DNA of 64,000 nt from an uncultured Gammaproteobacteria bacterium. Its GTDB lineage: Bacteria > Patescibacteriota > Microgenomatia > JALYQM01. Below are positions 1-11,000 of this stretch, one piece after another. The DNA lies in assembly GCA_964525495.1 (NCBI GenBank), contig CAZGHS010000005.1:12599-76598 (forward strand), in the 5' to 3' direction. Position numbers and translations under genes: made by a program. How positions within the stretch are numbered: position 1 is the first letter of the stretch; each line of letters begins with the position of its first letter. The notes beneath the pieces are model-generated. The model did not search any database and was not told where the DNA came from. It saw nothing but the letters and a program-made list of their open reading frames with translations.

Positions 1-1
1 T

Positions 2-349
2 ATGTTCACTCAATTGGCAACAGTTACAGACATTACAGGAGACAGTATTATAGAAACGCAGGAAACGACACAGAGACAAGAATTATTCATTACTGAGCCA
101 AGTGCCGATGAATTATACAGTTTTTATACAGGACAAATTTTAAGCATCATTTTTAAACAAACGGCCTACGAATTCGAATTAGCACGCCATGCGTCGCGTA
201 TTAAAACTCTTGAAGAATCTCTACAGCACGCCGAAAATAACAAAAAAAACCAAGAAAAACTACTTAATCGCATTATGAAATTAGAGCAAGACAAGAAACA
301 ACAAAGCAAACTATCATATATATGGGCAAAAAAAAGATATGAACAATAA
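2..349 (+). CDS. atpG: F0F1 ATP synthase subunit gamma, C-terminal part (5' end lies outside the window)
   Basis: Sits immediately upstream of atpD and overlaps it, in the canonical atpG-atpD-atpC order. The C-terminal helix is weakly alignable to the gamma subunit (EP...ELARHASRI compared with EPDP...EQAARMVAM), but the Lys/Glu-rich tail is divergent. Confidence 0.55.
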   Translation: MFTQLATVTDITGDSIIETQETTQRQELFITEPSADELYSFYTGQILSIIFKQTAYEFELARHASRIKTLEESLQHAENNKKNQEKLLNRIMKLEQDKKQQSKLSYIWAKKRYEQ

Positions 350-1691
350 GGGAAAAATCATCACGATATCCGGGCAAGTAGTGGAAGTGGAGTTTTTAGA
401 AGAAAAACCACAAATCCATGAATTACTGTACGTAGAAAATATTCCCGAAGCTCGTTTAGAGGTAATCGAATCTTCACAAAACAACATATTATTTTGCCTA
501 TGTTTATCCAGTCAAGAATTACTGTATAGAGGAGCCTCTGTAACACCACTTAACACCTCCCTCAGTATTCCAGTTGGTGAGGAAGTACTGGGAAGAGCAA
601 TAAATATATTCGGGCAACCCTTAGATAATAAAGGTGAGATAACAGCCTATCGTGTACAACCCATTCACACTGTAAACATAAACGTAAAGAAAGTAGCAAT
701 CCCCAATAGAGTTATGCAGACAGGTATTAAAGCCGTAGATTTCTTCTGCCCTATTCTACTTGGTGGAAAAATTGGTATTGTCGGAGGTGCAGGTGTCGGA
801 AAAACTACTATTTTGACTGAAATTATCAATAATATAGTTATCCAAGGTCAAGAGAAGTCAGTTTCTGTATTTGCCGGGGTGGGAGAACGTTTAAGAGAAT
901 GTCACGAGCTATATGAAACATTCCAAGACGCAAAAGTATTACCGTCTGTGGCACTAATATTTGGAACAATGGGAGAAAACCCCGCAGTTCGCTTGCGTAC
1001 CGCCGCTGCTGGAGTGAAAATAGCCGAATTCTTCAGAGACACAGGCTGGAAAAACATCCTATTCTTTATCGATAACGTCTTCCGTTTCGCACAGGCAGGG
1101 TATGAGTTATCCACGTTAACCAATAATATCCCATCAGAAGGAGGATATCAGGCTACTCTCAATTCTGAATTAGCACACTTACATGAGCGCTTGTATTCAC
1201 AAGATAACTCGTGGATTACTTCGATGGAAGCAGTCTACGTACCAGCCGACGACCAGCTCGATTATGCGGTGCAGGCAATATATCCATATCTTGATTCAGT
1301 AGTTTTACTATCCCGCAACGTCTACCAGGAAGGTCGTTTCCCTGCTATAGACGTATTAAACTCAGCTTCAAGTGCTGTTAAACCTGAAATCATTGGCGAG
1401 TATCATTACATGATCCTACTCGAAGCACAACAGCTTCTCAAAGAAACCGCTACGATTGAGCGTATCGTGTCGCTCGTGGGCGAAGCCGAGTTAAGCAAAG
1501 AAAAGCGAATTACCTACAGACGTGGTCAAACGTTAAAAAATTATATGACACAAGACTTCCATGTCATTGAAAATCAAACGGGGCGAAAAGGAGTGTCTGT
1601 TCCTCTCGAAGAAACAATCGAAGTTGTAAGAGAAATTTTAAATGGAAAATACGATAATAAAGACCCAAATGAAATGCTATACAAACAATGA
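339..1691 (+). CDS. atpD: F0F1 ATP synthase subunit beta
   Basis: Walker A motif GGKIGIVGGAGVGKTT. Beta-subunit motifs IFGQPLD and YQATLNSELAHLHERL are present. 450 aa, overlaps atpG by 11 nt. Confidence 0.9.
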   Translation: MNNKGKIITISGQVVEVEFLEEKPQIHELLYVENIPEARLEVIESSQNNILFCLCLSSQELLYRGASVTPLNTSLSIPVGEEVLGRAINIFGQPLDNKGEITAYRVQPIHTVNINVKKVAIPNRVMQTGIKAVDFFCPILLGGKIGIVGGAGVGKTTILTEIINNIVIQGQEKSVSVFAGVGERLRECHELYETFQDAKVLPSVALIFGTMGENPAVRLRTAAAGVKIAEFFRDTGWKNILFFIDNVFRFAQAGYELSTLTNNIPSEGGYQATLNSELAHLHERLYSQDNSWITSMEAVYVPADDQLDYAVQAIYPYLDSVVLLSRNVYQEGRFPAIDVLNSASSAVKPEIIGEYHYMILLEAQQLLKETATIERIVSLVGEAELSKEKRITYRRGQTLKNYMTQDFHVIENQTGRKGVSVPLEETIEVVREILNGKYDNKDPNEMLYKQ

Positions 1692-1972
1692 GCAACGAAC
1701 AAAACAAAATAAAAGTAACTATCCGCACTCCAGAAGGAGTAATTTTTGACGAAGAATGTGCCTCTGTATCCTCGCGCAATATTTTAGGCAATTTCGATAT
1801 TCTTCCATTTCACACCAATTTCATTACACACATCAACGATAATCTCACTATACGAACCCTAGATAATAATGCTAAAATAATTCCAGTTCAAATTGGAGTA
1901 GTTCGTGTAAAACGAAATATTATGGATGTATACATAATCCTTTCTCCCATTCTTCATCCATCAGATAAATAA
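1688..1972 (+). CDS. atpC: F0F1 ATP synthase subunit epsilon
   Basis: 94 aa. N-terminal beta-sandwich pattern (KIKVTIRTPEGVIFDEE...ILPFH) typical of the epsilon subunit. ATGA overlap with the atpD stop. Confidence 0.75.
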   Translation: MSNEQNKIKVTIRTPEGVIFDEECASVSSRNILGNFDILPFHTNFITHINDNLTIRTLDNNAKIIPVQIGVVRVKRNIMDVYIILSPILHPSDK

Positions 1973-2062
1973 TTTTTCAGCTTTTTTTAATTTCATTCCT
2001 TGAAAATTTCAGGCAAATGTTCATACTAGAATATACGGGGTTTTAGGCCTTCGGCTTTTGGT

Positions 2063-5000
2063 ATGAAAATGAAAAAATTACATATAGGAATACTTGTCAC
2101 TGTCTTGGTTGTGCTTATTGGGGTTCCGGTAACGGTTTCCGTCGGCGTGGCAGGATTAAACAAAGTAAACAAGCTAGCAAGTTCAAAAACTGCTAAATCA
2201 ACAACAGGTTTAGAAGCAGTTCCTCTCAATGGCCAAGTACTACAAGCAGCAACTGAGGCAACAGGTGCAAGCGTCATAAACTTTAATGCGCCAGCTATCT
2301 TTAACGAACCAACCAGATTCAATGCAGATATCGATGCAAGTGATAACAATCTCACATTGGGTGAAGGAGAATTAACAGCATCAAACGTAATTTACTCAAT
2401 TCAAGGCATCAATGGTATTACCGTAACAGGTGGACAAAATGCAGTAATATCCTTTACGGGTTTAACTGGAATTCTTGCGGGCGACGGAATAGAGCTCACA
2501 ACAGGCTCAACACCAACATTAACCAACACAGGTGTCACGTCGTTTCAGGGCGAGTCCGGAGCTATCACACTAGATGAAGGAGACGGGATCGAAATAAGTG
2601 GAACAGAAATTTCAAACGATGACCCCGGTACTGCTCAAGACATTTTCAAAATAATTGCAGTATCTGGACAAAATGATATTGAAGCTGACGAAAACAATGA
2701 CACATTAACATTCGTGGCTGGATCAAACATTACCCTCACAACAAATGACTCTGGTGACGCTCTAACAATTTCTTCTGCCGCAAGTGCTGTTAGCGGCTGG
2801 GAAGATGACGGCACTGATGTTAGGCTCTCAACTATCACAGATAATGTTGGTATCGGAACTGCAACGCCCGGTTCCAAGTTGCATGTAGTTGGTACGACAA
2901 CCATTTCATCTACCTTAACTCTGGGTGGAAGCATGGTTTTAGGAAGCGATACCGTCAATGATTTAACGGGGGACGGCCTTGCAGTGAGCGGCAGCGCATT
3001 AACTGTTAATTTAACAACATCAGGCAGCGCTGGTTCTACATCGTCAAATTCGGGATTAGAGGTCTCTACAGCTGGATTAACCATGATTAAAGGCTGTGCA
3101 GATGGAGAGCTTCTCAAGTGGGACAATACCGCAAATCTATGGGAATGTGCAACTGATGATGGTGGAACAACAGGCATAATCAATGTACAGGAAGGCGACG
3201 TAACCGTAAGTGCAAGTGCAGGTACGTTAGATTTCCTTGGAAATGATTTTGCATTAACAGAATCACCTGCCGGCGAGATCAACGTTGCCATTGATTACAC
3301 AAACTCAAATATTACCCGCACAAATCAAAATGAAACCATCACAGGGACTTGGACATTTAGTAATGTAATTACGGCAAATGGCGGATTGACTATTGCGGGA
3401 GGTCAATCATTAACGCTGGGCAGTGACGCGGTAACTGACCTTACAGGAACAGGCATAACAGTTTCAGGAGGCTCACTACAAACAACTTTAGGCACATCAG
3501 TTGACTTAGCTTCTGCAGAAGTAACGGGCACGCTCCCTGTTGGAAATGGCGGTACAGGTGCTACTTCGTATACTGCAGGATCAGTAGTATTTTCGAATGG
3601 AACTATTCTCACACAAGATAATACAAATTTATTTTGGGACGATACAAACAACCGTCTTGGTATAGGAGATAACTCGCCAAACTCTGCTTTAACAATTGGT
3701 GCAAGTGATGCCTTCCAAGTCAACTCATCCGGAGCAGTCGCAGCCGCAACAGGCATTTCTTCCTCAGGTAATTTAAACTTTACTGGATCAGGCACATACA
3801 CGCTTGCAAACATTGCGAGCGGGGCGTCCTTTAGCGGAAGCAGAATAGTTGGAGTATCTCAAACAGGTGTGTTAACCACCGTGGCTGATGGAAGTGACGA
3901 TCAAGTATTAACAACTGACGGCGCAGGCGTATATACCTGGAAAGACATTGGTTCAATCCTTGAACCGACAAATGCCTTTATTAACAACGGAAATTCATTT
4001 GCTGCTTCTGCGACATTAGGTACAAACGATACAAATAGTTTAGCACTTGAGACAGACGGGACGACTCGAATTACAATTCTCGCCACTGGCAATACAGGTA
4101 TCGGCGATGCATCTCCCGCGTCATTGTTTACAGTAGGCTCAGGAGATTTATTTCAAGTAAACTCATCAGGAGCAATCGCAGCAGCAACAGGAGTAACCTC
4201 ATCTGGAACGATTACATTTACGGGATTAGGCTCTGGTTCTGGGTCAACACTATGTATAGACGGGTCAAATCAGGTTGTAACCTGTGCAGTCTCTCCAGGA
4301 GATATAACAGCAGTGGGAGATATTACGTCTGGCGCAGCATTCGACGGTACTCAAGGCAATACATTGTATTTCGAAGGAACATCAATAGATGCGAACGAAA
4401 TTGCACTATCAGGTGCTGATGCAACGGTAGATCGGACAATTACACTTCCAGATCTTTCAGGCACAGTTGCTCTCTTAGAAAATTCACAAACATTTTCTGG
4501 AGCTAAAACATTTACTGCTGCCATGACAATTGACGGAAATTTAGCCATCAATAGCTCAAGTACAACTATCGGTGACTCTGGCTCTGACAGCTTAACAATC
4601 AATGCGACAATCTTAGTTGGTTCACCATTAGTATTCGAAGGTTCGACGGCTGACGGCAACGAGACAACCCTAACAGTAACTGACCCCACTGCAGATCGAA
4701 CTATTACTATTCCAGACCTAACAGGTACCGTTGCACTGCTTGAAAATGCACAAACATTCTCTGGAGCGAAAACCTTCAGCGCTGGACTCATCGTTTCTGC
4801 AAGTGGAGCATCAATAACAGGAGGAATAGATAATAACTCTGGAGGCATCACAGAGGCAGGAGCAATATCCGGAGTTACTACTTTGTCAGCATCTTCTACA
4901 GTAACGCTCACTGGTTTAGGTTCAGGGACCGGATCCTATTTGTGCTTGGACGGGTCAAACAATGTAGTTACATGTTCTGGAACAACGGGAGATATAACCG

Positions 5001-8000
5001 CAGTCGGTGATGTAACATCAGGCGCTGCATTTACGCAGACAGCAGGAAATGACGGAAACAATATATATTTTGAAGGATCAAGTGCTGACGGAAACGAAAT
5101 AGCCTTAACAGCAGCAGATCCAGGATCTGACTTAACGGTTACATTACCAGCGATCACGGGAACGTTAGCTTCTCTCGCAGGATCACAAACATTTACAGGA
5201 GCAAAAACATTCAATGCTACAACCACATTTGACGGTGCAATCGCTGCCAATACAGATATAGATCTCACATTTGCAGCGGCAGAAAACATGACTCTCACAA
5301 ACTCTTCTGCTTCTACAGATCAATTATCATTATCTATCACCGGTGTTACGACAGACGGAGTTGACGCGTTTGCAATTGCTTATACTCAAGCAGACGACGC
5401 TGATTCAACAGACACAAATAGTGCAGTAAATATAGCGTTAACATCATCCTCAGGCGATGCTGATGCCCTATACGGCCTCCAGTTTGCAGACTTTACCAGT
5501 GGCTCTGCAACTGAAACAGCGCTCCGATTCGGAACGGGTTTTGACAATATCCTCGAAATCGAAGGATCTACAGCAGATGCAAACGAAACATTTCTTACAT
5601 TCACAGACCCAACGTCAGATCGCACAGTTACATTCCCAGATGCATCAGGAACAGTGTGTTTGACATCTGGTAACTGTGCAGGTGTCGGTGGGGTAGGAAC
5701 AATTACAGCAGTCGGTGACATCACATCAGGGGCGGCTTTTACGCAGACCGCAGGCAACGATGGGAACAATATATACTTCGAAGGTTCAAGTGCTGACGGA
5801 AACGAAATAGCGTTAACAGCAGCAGATCCAGGGTCTGACTTAACGGTTACACTACCAGCAATAACAGGAACACTCGCGTCTTTGGCAGGTACTCAAACAT
5901 TTACAGGCGCAAAAACATTCAACGCAACAACTACATTCGACGGTGCCATAGCAGCTAATACAGATATAGACCTAACCTTTGCTGCTGCAGAGAATATGAC
6001 GTTAACAAATACGTCCGCCTCCTCAGATCAACTCTCCCTTTCAGTGACAGGAGTAACCACCGATGGTGTCGATGCCTTTGCAATTGCCTATACTCAGGCC
6101 GACGACGCTGATTCTACAGATACCAACAGTGCAATCAACATTGCTCTAACATCTTCATCGGGAGACGCCGACGTTTTCTATGGACTTCAGTTTGCAGATT
6201 TTACAGCAGGAACAGCAACTGAAACAGCGTTCAGAATCGGAACCGGATTCGATAATGTTTTAGAAATCGAAGGCAGCACGGCAGATGGCAATGAAACCTC
6301 CGTAGCGTTTGCTGACCCTACAGCCGATCGAACGGTCACATTCCCGGATTCATCTGGTACAGTTTGTCTCTCATCGGGAAACTGCGCTGGCGGCGCAGGA
6401 GGATCAAAATGGACAGATAGTGGAACGCTAACATATCTAACTGACTCAACTGACAGCATAACAATTGGTTCGACATCTGAATTGGCAAAATTAGCTGTCG
6501 ATGGCGACGCAGACGAAATTCAACTATTGATCCAAGGTAACGGCACCCAAACGTCAAGCCTATTAGTACTCGAAACCTCCGCTGGAACAGATCAATTAAC
6601 AGTATCGAATGCCGGAGCATTAGGGTTAGAAGGTGCAATCTCAGATATTACTGGTGCTACAGTTGAAATAAACGACGATCTTCAAGTAACTGGCAACGAC
6701 ATCTTAGATTCTGGTTCAACATCCCGAGTCACACTTGGATCTAATACTATATTAACAAACACAACAACAACGTTATCTGGAACAACAACGCTTACCGCAA
6801 GTTCGCTTGCAACACTTACTACAGCAGCCACACTAGATATGACTGCAACAACAACGCTAAACTGTACAGATTGTATTAACTTTGACGACCTATCAGATTC
6901 GCTATCACTTGATGCAGGTACAACAATAGCCTTAGGGACTAATACATTAACGCTTAACGCAAGCGGTACAGGGGATGTAATATTCCAGGACAATGGAACA
7001 CCGGTCTTGACTTTCAACGACTCAGGCAATACTGTCTGGTCACTTCCAGCAGGAAACAATATACAAATTGACGGAGCCACAGCAGATTCAACTACAACTA
7101 CCGGCGTTGTTGATGTCGACGTAGATTCCGCAACAGACAATAACATCGGTATGTCGATTGATTATCAAGATACAAATACCGGAGCTTCACAAACAAAATA
7201 CGCCCTGAGAACAGATATAACCATTGATACAAATGGAACCGGTAACGACACGGTGTATGGAAACTACATCTCATTTACTCAGGACGACGCGGCAGCCACC
7301 GCATATGGCTTATATGTAACAGGTGAGGATCGCAACTATTTCTCGGGAAATGTTGGAATCGGAGACAGCTCACCTACAGCTGCATTAACAGTAGGTTCGG
7401 GTGATGCATTCCAAGTAAACTCATCAGGTGCTGTTGCAGCTGCAACAGGGATAACTTCTTCAGGAACAATTACATTCTCAGGGTTGGGCACCGGTGTAGT
7501 GCAGTCCAACGGCTCAGGAGTTCTTTCCTCTGGTGCGCTTGATCTAGCAGGAGGCGCAAGCTATATAACTGGTGTCCTTCCTCTTGGAAATGGTGGCACT
7601 GGATTCTCTACGTATACTCAGGGAGACTTATTATATGCATCTGCAGCAAATACACTTTCAAAACTAGCTGTCGGTGGAAACACTACTGTCTTAACAGTAG
7701 CAGGAGGAGTACCTACATGGGCTACTGCTACTGTCGCGTTTAATAACATTTCAGGCGGAACCAATACAACTGCGGCAATGGTTGTCGGAACAGGATCATC
7801 CCTTAACTTTACAGGCTCAGGAACAATTAATGCCTCTACTCTATTGGGATCAACATGGGCGTCTCCAGGGACAATCGGATCAACTGCACCAAATACTGGT
7901 GCATTCACTTCACTTACAACATCAGGAAATACATCACTAACTACCGGAGCTGGCAACGACACAACAATTGGCAACGCCACCGGGACTTTCGAGTTAGTTT

Positions 8001-11000
8001 CGGACGCATTAGATATTTCAACAACAGGCGCGCTTTCAGGTGCAACGGGCTTATCGTCCTCTGGAAATCTGACCTTCACAGGTTCTGGAACATATACGCT
8101 CGCAAACATTGCGTCTGGTGCGTCTTTCTCAAACAATCGACTTGTCCAAACAACAAGTGCAGGTGTGCTTTCAACCATCCCAGATGGAAGCACTCCAAAC
8201 CAGGTACTAATCACCGACAGCAATGGCAATTTCTCTTGGACAAGCGCAGCTGGGGTTATTGCTCCAGACTCACTAGATTTCACAGAATTCAGTGACTCGA
8301 TGTCTCTCGATGCTTCAACTTCAATTGCTTTTGACGCTGCAGAAGTACTTACGCTAAACGCAGCAACTGTGGATACCACCACCACAGGCGGTGTACTAGA
8401 CATGAATATTGATGCAGGGAACGCAGCAGTGATTGGATTAAATGTAGACTTTGCGCAATCCAACGGTGCAACAGCAGCAACAGACGCAGTCGCACAAAGG
8501 CTTACATTATCCGCAAATGATGCTGACGGCGACATGTTTGGATTACAAATAGTAGGAGCTGCAACAACGAACGCAGCTGCAGGAAGTTACGAGGCAGCCC
8601 TCTCAATAGACAATGTTGAAGATACTGTGGCATCCATGACCGACGCAATCCTCATAACATCATCAGGAGTAAATAATGGTGTAACAGACGCCATCGATAT
8701 ATCCGCAGCAAACATTAACAACGCTATTAATGCAGGTGCAAATTTCATACTTATGGATGGAATTCGCATATTCGAAGGTACAACAGGCACCATAACAATC
8801 GAAGATACTGCAGGTAACGACCTCATGACTATCGCTGATGGCGGAACAGTCGGTAATGCATCCATAACAGGCACGCTTGCTGTGTTAGGATCTACGATTG
8901 GACTCGACAGTGATGCTGATGCAGATAATTTGATAGGAACAGCAGCAGCAGGTGGCGCTGCAGCTTCAAATCTTTATTGGGGGAATAGGCTTCTCTGTGA
9001 TGCCACACAAGTAAACTGTGGATGGTCCGCAGTAGGTGGCAATGCTCCATGGACGACAACATCAAATGTGGTAAATCTTAATACTGCAACAGATAACGTA
9101 ACTGTAGGATCTGCAACAAATTTAGCAAAACTCGCAGTTGATGGCGACACAGACGAAATACAGTTACTAATCCAAGGCAACGGAACACAGACGGCAAATC
9201 TTGTAGTATTCGAAACATCAGCAGGGACGGATCAACTGACGCTATCAAACGCGGGTGCCTTAGCAATCGAAGGTGCAATTTCCGACATAAGTGGGACAGT
9301 TTTAGAAGTTAACGACGATCTGAAAGTAACAGGCAACGATATTATCGACTCAGGTGACGTAACACGAATATCATTAGGAGCAACCACAACACTTACTAAT
9401 TCCGCTACGACACTATCTGGAACAACGACCCTTACGGCTACCTCATTGGCCACGTTTTCTACAGCTGCAACACTCGACATGACATCTACAACAACACTTA
9501 ACTGTACTGACTGTGTTAATTTCGACGACATGTCGGACTCCCTTGCACTCGACGCGTCAACCTCAATAGCCTTCGATGCCGCTGAAGTATTAACACTCGA
9601 TGCAGCATCAACAGATACTACTACTACTGGTGGCGTGCTAGACTTCAACATTGACGCAGGCAATGCGGCTGTCCTAGGTTTGAATATCGATTTTGCTCAG
9701 TCCAACGGTGCAACAGCAGCAACAGACGCAGTAGCACAAAGGCTAACCTTATCAGCAAATGACGCAGACGGAGACATGTTTGGTTTACAAATCATCGGCG
9801 CCGCAACAGCAAATGCTGCAGCTGGTTCTTACGAAGCTGCAATATCGATAGATAATGCTGAAGACACTGCAGCTTCCATGACAGATGCAATTTTAATCAC
9901 CTCATCAGGCGTAAATAATGGTGTAACCGACGCGATAGATGTCTCTGCTGCAAACATAAACAACGCAATCAACGTAGGTGCAAACTTCATATCAATGGAC
10001 GGGGTGAGAATGTTTGAAGGTTCAACGGGAACACTTACTTTTGAAGACACGTCCGGAAATGATTTAATGACGATTGTTGATAATGGCACAAATGGAAATG
10101 TAACGATCACAAACAATCTCTCAGTAACAGGCACAATCACTGCTAACACAGATGAAACAATCAATGGACTAGATATCAACGCAGGTGCAATATCTGACGC
10201 AACGAGCCTAGCTATCTCTTCAGCAGCAAGCACGGCAATTGCACTAACCAGAAGTTCGGCTGGACAATGGATGTCTTTCAATGACGGCACAGATGCCTGG
10301 GGTTTATATAACACAGCTGGCTCGCCGGAAGGAGTGCTCGCAGCCAATACAGGTGCACTTTCAATGGATACCACTAACGGCACTTTGTATGTCAAAACTG
10401 ACGATGGTGACAATACTGGCTGGGTAAATCTCGCAACCGGAGGAAGTTCTCCATGGCAAACAACATCTAACGTTACCAATCAAGTCACTTCAACAGACGA
10501 TGTGACAGTCGGCTCAGCTGTTGATTTAGCAAAACTGGGTGTCGATGGAGATTCAGACGAAATTCAATTCTTAGTACAAGGCAACGGAACACAAACAGCT
10601 GGCTTACTAGTATTAGAAACCTCAGCAGGAACAGATCAATTTACGGTATCTAATGCTGGTGCAGTGGGTATCGAAGGAGCAATCTCAGATATTACCGGAA
10701 CAGTTGTTGAAGTAAATGATGATTTGAAAGTAACAGGCAACGACATCATTGATTCAGGTGACACAACACGTATTTCACTTGGCGCAACAACAACCTTAAC
10801 AAATACAACAACAACGCTATCAGGCACAACAACCTTGACTGCATCATCTTTAGCAACTCTGACAACTGCGGCAACGCTTAGTATGGCTTCAACAACAACA
10901 TTAAACTGTGGTGATTGTATCGACTTTGATGATATGAAAGACTCGCTATCAATAGATGCTGCAACAGATATTAACCTTGGAGCTAACGCGCTTACAATCG

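Noticed and set aside
2030-2062. Small GC hairpin (GGCCTTCGGC) plus T-run upstream of the giant gene as an atpC terminator
   Set aside because: The stem is only 3-4 bp and the T-run is interrupted. It overlaps the ribosome-binding region of the giant gene. This is too weak to call.
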